Shown one piece after another: positions 28,643-43,114 of a stretch of DNA of 57,049 bases. Below the pieces are notes generated by a model, which worked only from the letters and a program-made list of their open reading frames with translations, was not told the origin of the DNA and did not search any database. Position 1 is the stretch's first letter, and each line of letters starts with the position of its first letter. The DNA comes from Trichinella spiralis (Eukaryota): NCBI RefSeq assembly GCF_000181795.1, contig NW_003526945.1, positions 380,405 through 437,453 on the forward strand, read 5' to 3'. Position numbers and translations under genes: made by a program.

Positions 28643-30893
28643 ATGACTTCATACAGAAGATTTCTTGTAGTTTCTTTGATCTCGGTGTATTTGATTCTCG
28701 GGCTGAATTTGGCTTTAGCAGTAGCAGTTGATGTTCGTGAACAGTGCATCTGTTTTTCGCTGATGCAGTTACACAGTTGCGAATGCACTGAACATTCAAT
28801 AGATTATTTTAATAATCATCAGCTTTATGACTCTTTGGTTAAATTACTAAAGAAGGACTGTTTCCGCTATTATAAGGTTGGCATTTTATTTATAAATTTT
28901 ATTTATAAATTGCACCCATGTACTGAATTAGGTTGACATGGAAAGAGAATGCCCATTTTGGAAAGAAGAGCGATTTTGTTCTACCGGAGAATGTGGCATT
29001 GAAAACTGCGATGATGCCGTTCCAGAAGCTTGGAAATATACCAAGCCACTGTATAAAGAACATCATCTGGTTTGGAATATTTACAATTGTACAGTTAATA
29101 ATTGTAAATTTCAAAATTTTTTTATTAAATAGAGTTCTCATCAACGATCTTCACGGTGTGACGAGAGCAATGACATTGATCCTTTGGACAAACACATAAG
29201 TCGATCGCAGAGAGAAGAGTTTGCCAAATGGACCGCTCATGACGAACAGCTTTGGGATAATTTTTGTGATGTTGGTGGTATGTAAGGTTTTATTCAAAAC
29301 TTTTTGTCAAAAAAATACATCAACATAAAGACAGTGCTTTTTTTGAAACGTGACGTTTTGTAGATGAAGCATCAGAAACTCTGCATTTTGTTGACCTTAC
29401 TTTGAACCCGGAAAGGTATACCGGTTACAAAGGGAACAGTGCGCAACGCGTTTGGAAATGCATTTATGAAGAAAACTGTTTTAAGTATGTTTTGGTTTGG
29501 AAATTTTTTTTCAAACTATCCCTCAACATTTTTAGACCTGATCCAAAGTTTGATCGAGATTTTTTGATTTACCCAAATGTTCGAGGTAAGTTATTTTGTT
29601 TTCCATTTTTTAAAATATGCTCAATTTGGCAAAATATTTCCCTAACAGGAATATACTATTCTTGAGCAAGTTAATGCTTTTATATACGGTGTTACAGTAT
29701 GACAATTTAATGCAAGTATAATATTTATTCATCGGTGCCATTTGCTTTGTTATTTTTTAATATTAATTTTTAGTTTTTTTATGACTATTTTTTTATGATT
29801 TTTGGTTTAAAAGAAAAAATTAAGCAGACAACAACCATTGTGATGTTATATTCTGCAGTTTAAGATTTATATGTGGTTGTAGTTCTTTCTTTTGTCTTTT
29901 GGAATCCATGCATGATGAACGGGTAACATGATGGAACATTTGAATGATGTTTTTCTGAATATTTTAGTTTTTAAATGATAATTTGAAAATTTCAATTGAA
30001 TTTTACGCGTTTACTGTATGACGTAGAGGTGACTAATAATGGAATGTCAACTCATTGTAGGTTTGTGCAGTGAAAAGCGTGCGTTTTACAGCATTATTAG
30101 CGGATTGCACACAAGCATCACGATATCTATTGCGTCAAATAATTTTCAACCATGTATGACGTGTTTGTGAAAGATGTCTTCTATTTGCGCAGCATTCTTG
30201 TACGGTACAGTGCTTTGTTTTAGCTCCCGGCGGTTTCGGAGCTGGTAGGTGGGTGCGAAATGTAGACATGTTTAAGTATCGATTCGGTGCGGAATATACA
30301 AATGGCGAAGGGCCGGAAAGGCTGAAGAATCTTTACTTTGTTTACCTGTTGGAATTGAGAGCTTTACAGAAAGTTGCACCCTATTTGCATCATTCCCTTT
30401 TCTACACCGGTGATGATGAAAGGGATATGGAAACGATGGATGAAGTTAGTCGTTTTGTGCAAACGGTCGAAGCGTTTCGCAATCCTTTCAAAGAGTCGAC
30501 TTTGTTCCAAGTTCAATTTCGTTCATTTTTTTTGTTAACAATTTGCATAGGAGAATATGCAAAACGTGCTGTTGTTCGTTTCAGGGTAATGCGAACAAGG
30601 CGATGACTTTGAAGGAGGAGTTTCGTCGTCATTTTTTGAATATATCGCGAATAATGGACTGTGTCGACTGTGACAAGTGTCGACTTTGGGGAAAGTTGCA
30701 GACCCATGGTATTGGTACGGCGTTGAAAATTCTTTTCTCGGATTTGCCCAAAGTTCACGACCACCAGAGGCGAAAGCGACACTTCCAATTGCAACGGAAC
30801 GACGTGGTTGCGTTGTTCAATTCGTTCGGTCGGTTTTCATCCAGCATCAAGGAAATCAGCGAGTTTAACAAATTGTTGTATCCATCCAACTGA
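28643..30893 (+). CDS. ero-1: Endoplasmic reticulum oxidoreductin 1
   Basis: Exons 28643-28876, 28932-29069, 29133-29277, 29364-29484, 29536-29585, 30061-30153, 30224-30510, 30585-30893. Motifs: [15 protein letters not shown]; shuttle [67 protein letters not shown] (CxxCxxC active site). Confidence 0.97.
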
Positions 30894-31050
30894 ATACAAC
30901 AAATACACACGTCGGTGTTTTTATTGTTTTATTTTTTTTCTTTGATCGCTTTTAATTTGATTGAGAGTTTAGGAGTTGAACATTCTCTCCTTTACGTTTG
31001 AGAGGTGCATTTACGAGTTCTGATTGTTATTGTTGAGCGCTGTTCTCCTT

Positions 31051-31052
<2 letters not shown>

Positions 31053-31088
<36 letters not shown>
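31053..31088. repeat. (TA)n microsatellite
   Basis: About 18 perfect TA units between the ERO1 and CEP290 stop codons. Confidence 0.95.
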
Positions 31089-31089
<1 letters not shown>

Positions 31090-31247
31090 CGTTTATAGTT
31101 CATTGTCAGAATCTCATCTCTGATTCCATGATTTGTTTTCCACTGTCGTATCTAGTGAAAGTAAACTTGTTGGTTTTATTTTTTCATTTTTATTAACTTG
31201 TTTTGAAAATAGCGGCACAGTTCCGTGCAATTCATTATCGATCATTA

Positions 31248-34200
31248 TTATTTTTTGCTTGATAGGATTAGATTTTCCATTTTCAGTTCAACATTTTCTT
31301 TCAAAACTTGATCGTAAATTTTTCGCCTTTCTTTCAGTTGTGAAATCTAAATGTATTTTCGTGAATTTTTCTCTTCAAAGAACCACCTCTACAAAGAGCA
31401 CTGATAATGATTGTGCATTTTATTTACCAATTCGGTATGGTCGTTTAGCCAGGGTTTGATCTGCTTGTTGTAAATTTCCAGTTCCAATTTCAGTTGGTCA
31501 ATTTCTTCCAGAAGATCACAATTCAAAATTCTATCAATTATGTAAAAACATTATAATTCAGTTATTCTATTTGTGAAGAAGAAGAAAATTACTGCTTACT
31601 TCAGCTGTTGGATGACGTATTTTTCATTGTTTTCGTCGTATGTCAACGCCGCTTCCAGAACCAGCACCTGCAAAAGCAGTGAAGTTACAATTTTTTTACT
31701 GTAATGATGAATTTTGTTTCAGTTTTTTGTAGTTTTCACTTTTCGTTTCAGTCGTTCGTTTTCTAAAATTTGTCGACGATTGTTTTCAGTTTCTCGTATC
31801 AGTAGAACTTCCAAATGCTTGCATCGTTTCTGAAATCAGAAGGAAAAAAAAAGAGAAAATTTTCTTCTTCCAAAAGCGAAAAAAATAGATAATCTCGCTA
31901 ATATACTTTCAATTTTGCTGGTTCTGCTGTTGATCGGCGATCGTCTGTTTGGTATTTAACATTGTTGTTCGTGAAAAATCCAACTTGGCTAGTTAACACT
32001 GTTGCTGGTGCTGTTTGTGCGACTTTATCTTCTGCATAACGGAAATGGTCGAACTTTTTCCAAACATTTTTAAGCTCATTTTCACTTCTGATTAGCTTTG
32101 TTCGTAGCCGGGCATTTTCGGCGGTCAACTGTGCCAACAAGGACGAATACCCCTCACCACACAACCATGGATAAAGGACACCCTTTTTTGCCGAAACGTT
32201 CACCATATTCTGAACCATTAAATTTCATTTCTCCTTATCGTGCAAAATTGAAATTAATATTTCTCATCTTTTACATTACCTTATTGTCAGCATCACTAGC
32301 ACTGTACTGCTTTGTCACTTTGATTTCATGCTTCACTACACTCCAGTTGAGTTTGTTACTTTCATCCTTTCCGACGGTATCTTTCTCTTCTTCATACGCA
32401 CTGGTATCTTCATTGATCATGCTACCTTTTCTTTCGATTTTGTGGTTTGACTGCCAATACAACAACGACAATTCTTTTAATTTTTCAAATATGAAATTTA
32501 TGAACATTTACCATCATCATTGGCTGCGCATGTGCATTGTTGTTCTGCAATTCTTGAACAGTTGCCTCGAGCTGTTTTATCATGCAAAGTTGAGTTTTTT
32601 CTGATTCTATTTTGTCGTCTAATCTTTCTTGAAGCTCTTCTATTTGTTTTTCTAATTTTTGTAGGCTTCCATCGTTTGCTTCGCACGTCTGTGGAGAGAG
32701 TTCATTTTTACCGTAAGTCAGTTTGCTTTTCACTGTCTGAACAACGAATTGCAATTTTCACATTGAAACACAATATCACATACATGCATTATAGATAGAT
32801 AGATAGATAGATAGATATATAGATTCGCTTCACCTTAGCTGTCTTGGCGTATGGATCACTGCGTTTTGAATTGACGGTTTGTTCTTCAACGTCATGCTGC
32901 TGATTTTCCAGGTAATTTATACGTTTCTCCAAACTGAAATGAACAATTTAAAGTACATGTATCAGATTAATTAATTAATTAATTTAATATACGATTTATA
33001 CCGAATTATACGATCTCTCATTCGTTCTTCAATTATTTTCAACTTATTGATTTCTTCGTTCTTCTTTTCTATTTTTGTTTTTTCTTTTTGTAAAAGTGCT
33101 TGCCACTTTTTTTGCTCTTCCCATTTGTGAAACTTCTCACTTTCCTAGATATATATATACATACGTTTCTGAAGTGAAGTTCTCATCTTTCCTCTTCACT
33201 TTATCATTCTTATTCTACCTTATCATTCATTGTTGAATGTGAATCACTTTGCAGTTGTTTCTTTGCTTCTGAATCTTCTTTGATCGTCTACCAAGAGAAA
33301 AATTTATTAATGACTTTCTATTGAATCAGTGAAAAAGAACTTACTTGTTGTTCCTGCAGTGTTTTATCCATTTTGCGAAGCTGACATTTTAGAATTTCTA
33401 TTTCGTTTGTCAACAGTTTATTGTTCATCATGCTTGCATCCAATTCCCTTTGCTTTGCGCCTAATTCATTGATTAATTAAACGTCAAGCACAATTTTATC
33501 ATCGTTGAATGAAATTTATTTCTTCAACTTACTTGTAATTTTCAATTGGTTTTCCATTTCCATTGTCAAATTTCTCTTTTCCTCTTGAAGCAACACCAGC
33601 AACTCCTTATTATTTTCTCTATTTTCTTCCTAGAAAATGATGAAAAAAGTAAACATCTGCTTTGGTTATTTTATTGTAAAATTTTATAAACTCAGATTTA
33701 TTTATCATATAATTTACCGTTGCAATTGATAAATAGATTGACAATAGTGAAATTTATTGTCTTAACTATTTTCTATCAAGTACAGAGAATTTTTTCAATA
33801 CCTCATCTGATAAACAAGAATTTTGCATTCTTTTATCTTTATGCTTGATGTTCAGATGGCCGAATTCTGTCTTCATTTTCACAATCGCTTTCAACAGTTT
33901 CTATATAAGCAACAATTTCATTGATCACTGATATGTTGTATAATTTGTACATTTCATAAAAATTTACTTTGTTCTCAGCTTCCAGTGACATGTAGCGTCG
34001 ACGCAGATTTTCCAAATCGACCTTTATTTTCAAATGTTCTGCTGTTGAAATGACAGTATTTTCTGCGGTTGATTTTTGTTTCTTTGGTCGTTCTTGCACA
34101 ACAGCTCTTGAACCCTTTTTATCATCTACACGATAAACAGGTTGAATAGACTCGGCTCGACTTTCGATCGCGGTGGAAATTTCCGATTCACACTCTTCTA

Positions 34201-37200
34201 ATAATATTTCAGATTTCTAAAATGAAGTTTAATTTACCGCTTCATTTGCTTGCAAATTGCTCTACCCAACCACATGTTAAAATTCATGTAAAATGTCCAC
34301 TAGGAGAATTCGAGTTGTTGGCGATTATTATTATTATTATTATTATTATTCAATTAGGGAAATTGTATATATTAGTGGTGTAATTGTAAAGAAACTTCTA
34401 CTTCATTGTCTTCTTCTCTTGTAGGAGATTTCCCACTGAAACTGTGCAGACAGTTTTCATGCAAATGTTCTTCACTTTTTCTAAAATGTAATTAATTTCA
34501 AATGAAATAAATATCCTACAACTTCAATAAGTTTACTTTAATTTTTCACGCGCGATAGATTCATTCTCTTTAAGCGCTTGAATTTCGGCTAACAGCTTTT
34601 CAATTTCATTGTCTTTCTTTTTCAGTAGTTCTTCCAATTCAATCGTCTGCTTTGCCTGCATGTCAGTGCATGAAATTTCAAATGGAATGAATACAAAACG
34701 TCTACATACGTTCATTTCTATTGTTTTCATATTTTCCAAAAAGTGAAACAGTCGATCAGCTTCTTCTTTAATTTGAACAACTTGCTCTCCAAGCTTATCC
34801 AATGCTATGTCTTGTTGTGATTGCATTTCTCGTCCGTGCTGACTTTTCAATTCTTCAATTTGATTTTCTAACTGTTGCAGCTTTTCTCCGTAATTTTTGT
34901 AATTTGTCTCTTTTTCGTGTATTTTCTCCTGAACACAGTGCTAATTATTCAGCTTAAAATGCATTTTACAAAAAAGCAAATTTACATCATTTGATTGATT
35001 ACCTGTACCAGTGAGAGCATAGTATCGAAAAGTTCAGGTTTTTGATCATTTTCGTTTGCTTTATTATCACTTGCTGATTTTTGATTAGCATTGTCCACGT
35101 TTTCTGTAAAATTTTCTGATTTTGCTGAAAGCGGCTCCTCTTGCTGTTGATTTTCAACAGTTCCATTCACCTCTTGCACTTCTTTATTTTGTAAGCCTCT
35201 TTTCAGTATCTGTATTTCCTGCAAATAAATATACTTGATTCTGTAACTTCATAATATTTGTATTGTCTTTTCTTTTCCTTTCTATATCCTTCTTGTCCCT
35301 AATAACAGTAATGTCGAGTTCATGAAATTCATCATCTTTTTTTTCAATCGAAAATAACAATTAATTAAAAATTTGTTATCGACCAAATTTATGAGAATAA
35401 TAATTTTTGCACAGATGTGAATTTGTTTTGCATCCAATCACTGCAGCACTGCATCCAAAGTAGGCGCGAGTGATTATCACTTTTCATAAGTAATTAATTC
35501 ATCATAATCAGTAGTTACCTCATCAAGTTTTTTCACGTAGTCGTGAAGATTTGTTTCATCATTGACAGTGTCTTGAGTAATTTTTTTGTCCATTGAAGTT
35601 TGTTGAATCATCTGCTTTCCGAAAGCTAATACGGCTTCTTCTATTTTCTGAAATTCAAAGATATGACACACAAGTAAGTGAATGATAAATTTTCATGCAT
35701 CTCTTCATCGACGCACTGATTGCAATAAAGTGATATCATTTGTTAGTATATCAACGGTATTTTCTAGGGCAATTATTTGCTTCTCCTTAGTGTCTATCTG
35801 CAAAAAAAATATAACATTACTGATTATTTAAAAAAAGAAAAAGCATATTTAAAATAATGTTGATCAAACTTCATGAACAGTCCTGTCGTTTTGTCGTTTC
35901 AGTATGAAATTATTGATTTTTAATCGTTGAATATCTTCTTTCCATTCCAGCAGCTGTTTGAGTTCGGTTTTGTGTTGCACGGCTTGCAAAAGTTGACCAG
36001 TGCATGCTTCTTGAATTTTTAGCCTATTTTCCGCTTCACTGAGTGAAAATTTTGCTTCCAAAATCTGGAAATAATCGAAAACTGTTTTCCCTACCGAACA
36101 TATGGTACGTGTTATGTATTTTGTGTTGTATTAATTACATTTTGCAGTTCTTTCTCCTTTTCAGCTTTTGCTGCTTTTAACACTGATGCCAGCTGTGAAA
36201 CATGTTCCAACTGTTGAACAGGTATGCAACTTGAATATCTAATTTTTATTTCCTTAAAGTAAAAAGGCTGTTTTATTCTACACATACGCATGCATGTCTG
36301 ATGAATAATATTCCCATACGCACCCTTGTCAATTTTTGCATCGCCAAGAATTTTCGCTTATATTCAGTTTTTACTTTTTCAACGGTAATGCGTTTTTCTT
36401 TCAAATTGATTTTCAATTTTGCAATTTCCGTTTCGCATGTCCGTAGACGTTCTGTAGCTTCTGCCGCCTTGAACTCGGTGCTCGCGTTTTTCAACTTCAG
36501 ATCAACAATTTCTCGATGTAAATTGCCTCAATTGTAAAAAATAAAAATGCATCGAATTAATCGCCTCATACTTCAGTTTTTATAGTGCTGTTTCGGTGCC
36601 TTTATAATTAATATAAAGATGATCTCTGCAACTATCAACATCACTTACCAATTGTCATATTTTGATCAGTCTTTGTTTGCAAGTTTTCAACAGCTTCTCG
36701 AAGTTGTGCAACTTCCAGCTCAAGAGAAGTTGCCATTTTTTCATAATACAGCTTTTGTTCCATCAGTGATTCAATTAATGCCTGTAAACATACGTACAAA
36801 AGCAGCGCAATTTGAAACAGATGCTTAAACATTCGATGCAGTGCACAATGTTACATTTTCTTCAGAATCTTGAAACTCTGTACAACTTGAAATCAACGTT
36901 GCTTCTTTTGAATTTCTTGTCTCGTCTGAATTTGGTGGCTCAGTTTCTACAAATAGGGATTTGTTCCAATTTGAAGTTGTTAAAGTTTCACAATGATTTA
37001 CCATCTTCGAATAGGGAAATATCAAAATGTTCCTGTTCATCTTCAGGTTGCAGCTGTACTGACAGATAATCTGCAAATGATGCTGCTGTTACTTTATTTA
37101 TTCAAATTAGCCTGCTAATGTTTGACATTCAGTTGTTTAAAATGTGTTTGTTTGTTTTGGCATTTCAAAAATTAAGGCGAAAGGGAAAACTTGTGATTAA

Positions 37201-40200
37201 GGAAATAATAAATTTTTTGAGATTTACCAGAATTTATTTCCACGCTCCCGTTGTTCTTTGGAAGCATATTCAGTTGTAAATTTTCTGAAACACGAGAAAT
37301 GAAAGACTCATATTCTTGAAGTGCTTTACCATCTTCGGCCATGTCGATCTGTAATTTTTAAACGCTTATTTCAACTTTTAATTTACAGTCTGTTTTTACG
37401 TATAATTCATGTTAATTATTAAAATTATTTTTTTCCCGAAATTTACAATAGCTTGTAGTATTTTTTCACGCTGAACATCTCTTACTGATTGAAAATTTTG
37501 CTGCAGAATGCCACCACTTGGTTCTGTAACGTTATTGGATACCAAGAATTGGCAGTGTTTTTTGGACAAATTGAGAAACTTTTGTAATAGTTGATTGAAC
37601 TCAAACGCAGGTACGCTGTTTTTCAGTCGATTGTGCAAATCGGCAAATTTGAATGCATTCATTTTCTAAGTATAGTAAACCATACAATTTACAAAATTCA
37701 GCAATCTCAACGTGAAAAAGCATCGAACCCGTTTTCTTTCAATGTAGGCAGACTTTTGCAGAACTGCGCATTGCAATTTTTTAAATTCCTCTTTCATGTT
37801 ACTTTTTTCCTAAAATGAGAACAACTTTTTACTTTGAAATACTTTTGTGCAACAAACAGTTGTACAATATTCTTCAGTTAAAATGTCGAAAGTGTAATTC
37901 ATTTTAGTATAATATTTTGTTAAATAATTTTAAAACAGCAGTTTTTGAATAATTTTTAAAAAATAACTGTGGCTTGCTTGCTTGTTTGCTGCTTTGAAAT
38001 TTGTTATTCAATTTTGTAAATGGAGCATGATTTTTTCAACGTACTTGCAAAAGATGCCGAATTAGACTTCTTGCTATTTCCAATTTGCGTTTGGAAATCA
38101 TGCTTTCGATCCTGGTGATTATCTGATTGCGTATTGTTTCAGTGAGGCGCTTCTTCAGATCGTCTGTATTGTTCGCTTTTGTCAAAGATTCGTTCAAAAG
38201 CTTGAATATGAAAATAATTGAAGTTGACTGATAGAAATAGAAATATAAAAGAAGAAATAATACATACTTCTAATTCAGAACACTTTATGTTGCATTTTTC
38301 CATTTCAATTTGACATTTTTCCAATTCAAATTCAAGGCGATGTTTTTCTTTTTCGAACTTTTCACACTTATTTCCATAATCTTGATAAAGCAATCCTTGC
38401 TGATGTCGGAGAGTTTCGTACTTGGCTTGGTAAATTTTTAAAAAACGTTCGAAATTTCCAAGCTGATCATCTTTGATTTCACATTCCTGAAAATGAAAGT
38501 GTACATTTGTAAAATATGAATTTTCCCCCTATTTTGCTGCTTTCAATAATATAATACGTGAAGAATTTGCAGGAGAAATTCGTTTAATTGAGCGATCAGT
38601 GTTGCAGTAGAAATTTGCAAATTGTTTGGCAAGTGGAGCAGAGTAGAAATATTGTAGGACTGTTTTGCAACATCTGACGCATATGATGACTCACCAAAAA
38701 GCTACAAATGTATTTATTTAAAAATTTGAATATTGCAACGCCGGAATCGCACATTCGCACAAATATTATTTACCTGTTTTGTTTGTTTGCTTTCAATTTT
38801 ACTCTGATTTTCAATCACTTCAGTTTTGCTCTTTGTTCTGTCCTCCTGATCATTTAAATTTTGTTCGTTTTGCTCACTTTGGACAATCTTAAAACAGCAT
38901 TGTTGAAATCACTAATGAACTCTGTGAATATTATTTATCTACTGTTTTCATTCTGTTCAATTTCAATAATTTCTACACTTTAAGACAAATAATGCTAATT
39001 GTCTATGAATTTTTATTTTCTTTTTCATTTCTTGCTTTAGAATTATCGTTTAAAATTGCGCAATAATCTGCGGGGAAAAGAATTAAAAATTAAAGTTCAT
39101 TCATTCACTTACTTGCGCATTTGACATCAGTCGTTGATTTTCACATTCCAATTGTGCCACTCGAATCATCATTTGCTGATTTGCATCTTTCAGCAATGCA
39201 GCTTTTTCACAATTGATGCAGTGGTATTTCTACAAGTTGGAAAGAGTTTTCTTTTTTGATGCAAGAGAAGAATTTTACACTAAAATTTACATCATCTGCG
39301 TCTACTTCCAAAGCTCGAATTGTCATATCAGCTGCTGACAAACCTTGATCCACAGACCTTGAATTCATAAAAGAATCAATTTATAGTTTTGCTTATTGTT
39401 TACCAGATTTAATAGTTACTCTTTTGCAAGACATTTAACCAAGTTTCGAATTTTCAGTTTCAATTCTAACCGTTCTTCTTCCAATTGTTCCACCTGTGAA
39501 ACAATATTTATTTTGTGAACCATTTGTGCATTTCATCATTTCTATACCTCTTTTTTCAAAACAACAGAAAGTGAGTTGTCTTTTTCTGCATCAACTTTGC
39601 TTGCATATCTTAATTCGACATTCAGTGGTTTTCTTGGACTAAGATGAAACTGCTCACGCAACTGCTGATTTTCGCTTAGACATTCTGATAGTGCAATTTC
39701 AATTTGATTGCAATGTTGAACAAGATCTTGCAAATGCCTTAACACTTTCCATATTATTAAGTATTGGTCAACAAATCACAGCCACTTACATTTCTTTCGA
39801 ATTCAAACGCTTTTTTAAAGTGGTCACATTTTTAACCGCTTCTTCTAATCCATATTCGCCCTTTCAAAGTGTTGATTATTGATAACAACGACCAAATACC
39901 CTTTGAAGAACAAAAACAACACATACCCTTTCGTATTGTTGCATTCTTACTAATAATTCGGCAAATTCCTGCTCTTTGCTTCGAATTATGTTTTCTTGCT
40001 CTTCTACAGTTTGTCGAGCATCTTGAAATTTTGATTCTAATTTTCTTAACTGAGTTTGCAGTTCAATTTGCCGAATACGGCTACGTTTTGGATTCTTTCC
40101 ATCTGGTATAAATGCAAATGTGCATTGTATAAATAGAAATTCTTTGCATCATTGTTGTTCGCAATTCGTTGCGAAATTACCCGCATTCAATTCTGCTTGT

Positions 40201-42040
40201 AAATCTTGAACAAGTAGAACATTGCTTTCAATTTCAATCGTCGCTTCTTTCAGTTCATTTTTTAAATATTGGATTTGTTTGTCACGTTCTTCTAATTCCT
40301 GATGATATAAAAGTATCTTGATTAAAAAAAATGAAACGAACAAACAAAATTTTAAAGTAAATGGAAATTAAATTGCCTTTTGCAATGCAAACAAGCTGAC
40401 TCGGTCAGAATCCGTTTGATAGTGAACAACTTCCTCTTCCAATGCGTGAATTTTTTCCCTGTATTGCTCTATTTGTTGTTGATTTTGTTCGAACAGTTTC
40501 TTCACAAAATTTTCATACAATGAACAATTGCGTGAATGTGAATCTTTCATTCGGTTCAATTGATTTTACTTACTTTCCATTCGTTGATTTTTTTATCAAT
40601 TGTTTCTGTCAGTTCATTTTCCATTCCGTGGTCTTTTTTGTTCAGTTGACTACCGAGCTTAAAAATCCGTTAGCTATTCATTTAATACAATCGGCAACAG
40701 CTGTTTAAAATTACACTTCACCTGATCACGCATTTCGGCATTTTCGAACTGCAATTTGTCGACCAAAATTTCCAATTCTTCATTAACAGACTTAAATAAT
40801 TGTTTTTTCACTTTTGTATATTTCATTTTTCAAGAGTGTTAGTGATGTAAATTTCGTGCACAAATCAAATGACAAAATTTTTTTTATTCATACTATATGC
40901 ATAAAATTTTACCTTTAGACGCATGCACTCATCAGCTGCCATTTCCATTTGCTGAGCGCACTCTTCCAAATTTGTTTTTAAGTTTAACACCTGATTTTCC
41001 AAACTGTCGTTCGTTTCTGTCAACGTCTGAAATATGGATTTTGAACAATTTTATTATATATATATATATTTTTTTTTCTTAAGCTTCATTTCTTACGTTA
41101 ATTTCTTTGAGCATCTGTGTCATTTCTCGATTTCGGGAACGCAACTTTTTCTCCAGTTTTTCTGTGATCATCTGTTTCGCCGACATTGAAGATTCATTCT
41201 CAGTGTCCAATCGACGTTGGTATTCCCGTAGATTTATCAGTAGTTCATCACGCTTTCATAAAGAAATGGAAATTTTACATTTCATGAATCAGTAAAATAG
41301 GCTTTCGAACGGAAAAGGCTTGAGCAGAAAGAAATAAATGATATTACAATTGAAATCAGCATTCTTTCACCTACATCTGGGCTGTCGCCTTCTATTTTTG
41401 TCTGCCACTATTATAATCAATTATTCGTTGTTTTAGATATTTAATTTTTTTTGTCAAACTTCTCTCAAAAAATAGCAAAATTTATTAATATTGTAAAATG
41501 TTCAGCTTTCATTCGCATTTAAGAATAAATGCGCGCACAGTGTCAAAGTTTAAACCAATTCAACGTATATGTGTAAGTGATTTGTTGATTGGTTTTGCCA
41601 ACGCACAATTGAATGCAGTTGTTCTGATGTTTAAATGATGTACGCTTGATTTCTTTCGTATGATAAATTCATGTCTTATTGGGTTTTCAGAATTATGTCG
41701 TTACATAAAACAAATATAAATAATGTTACTTATTTCATTTTAACAATACTACTGCTTATGTTAAATATAAATGCTAGCAATGACAGCAATAACATCTATT
41801 TTGCTACTATATGAAGTGGAAAGAAATCTGGTCAGCAAGTTCAGTTAATAGTTAGTTACACATTTTGATGATTTTATTTTAATTGACTTTATTTTATCAT
41901 CACAGTAACGATTCATTCAGTACAAATTCATCTGAGTAAAACTCCTTCACCGTAATGAGTGGTAAATAGCACAAGTCAAAATTACAGTATGACAGAAAGA
42001 ATAAAAGCTGCTTTCACAATTTGCAAAATATTAGCTATTA

Positions 42041-42071
<31 letters not shown>

Positions 42072-43021
42072 ATGATAAATTTTTAAACGATACATATAAT
42101 TTTAGTTTAAAATTTTTAACGATCCTTACTGAACGTTTGAACAATATTTAGGTAAATATTAATGTAAAAAATTATAATAAGAAAACAATAAATAAGTGGT
42201 AAAGTGAATAAATGAAATGCTTAATGTATTTATATTTTGAAAATGAAAAACCTATTACCTCCTTTCTTTGTTCAGCAAGTTCTTTTTCACATTCATCTAC
42301 TTTAGCACTGTACTAAATGAGCACGCAAAATATTGATCAACTGAAAGATGTGAATATAATGTCATTGACATGTACATACTTTGGATACTAAATCTTTTTC
42401 GTGAATGATTTCAGCATTCAAATTGTTATATTCTTTGGACAGTTGCTGATTTTGTTCTGTCAGTTCACGGATTTCTTCTCTCAGCAACAAGAGGTCATTG
42501 TCATATTCCTAAACGAAACAGCAATTGAATTGACAAGCACCATTCTTACTAATAGCATTTATTCTTTGTTACATTGTTCAAAAAAGAATTTTTTTCAGAC
42601 TTTAAATTCTGCTGCTGCTTGAAATCGTTATTTTCTTTTTCAATTTCAGTGCTTGCTCGGCTTTTGGTTAAATCTTCTATCTCTTCTAGTGCTATTTCTG
42701 CTTGAGCCGTTTTAATCTAAAATATATCGAATTGATTGATTGATTGATTGATGGATCGATTGATTTATTTACAAATTTAGTTTTTTCACTGTGCTTACTT
42801 CAAGCAAAGCTTTCGACATATTAAATAACGCTCGCAATCTTTGCGGATCATTTTCATCTTTAACGTCAATCTGTAAACAACAAATCAAAAAGCCAATTTC
42901 AAATCAGCAATATCAAACAATTTTTTACCTCCACTATTTTGGGTAACCAATATTCGACGTCGTTTTCTTCTAGTTGATCGAAATTAAAATTATTTAACTC
43001 TTCCCAGTTGTTGAAGCCCAT
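31248..43021 (-). CDS. CEP290: Centrosomal/transition-zone protein CEP290 (many exons, coiled coil)
   Basis: Exon 1 43021-42929 (MGFNNWEELNNF..), exon 2 42870-42799 (..LRALFNMSKALLE), then IKTAQAEIALEEIE. Internal GEYGLEEAV..LSENQQLREQFHLSPRK and VLKKEVEQLEEERLELK resemble CEP290. The last exon is probably 31346-31248 (ISQLKERRKIYDQVLKENVELK..KK*). Internal exons were not all resolved. Confidence 0.88.
32791..32817. repeat. (GATA)n microsatellite in a CEP290 intron
   Basis: ATAGATAGATAG... tandem run. Confidence 0.9.
42041..42072. repeat. (TAAA)n microsatellite in a CEP290 intron
   Basis: Eight TAAA units. Confidence 0.9.
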
Positions 43022-43101
43022 CGATATGCAGTTGGTTGTTTCGTATTTACTGACTAGCTTTTGTTACAAACATGCTTGCTGCTGTAACTGACTTGTCGTC
43101 C

Positions 43102-43114
43102 GTTGCTTGGCAAC
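43102..43114 (-). promoter_or_regulatory. RFX/DAF-19 X-box upstream of CEP290
   Basis: GTTGCCAAGCAAC on the gene strand fits the RFX consensus GTNRCC-N(0-3)-RGYAAC. It lies about 80 bp upstream of the CEP290 ATG. Confidence 0.8.

Noticed and set aside
32098..32604. 168-aa hydrophobic + strand ORF and similar ORFs across 32-42 kb
   Set aside because: Antisense shadows of Lys/Glu-rich CEP290 exons.
35284..35292. ATATCCTT as a U12-type intron donor
   Set aside because: It is on the + strand, whereas the surrounding CEP290 gene is on the - strand.
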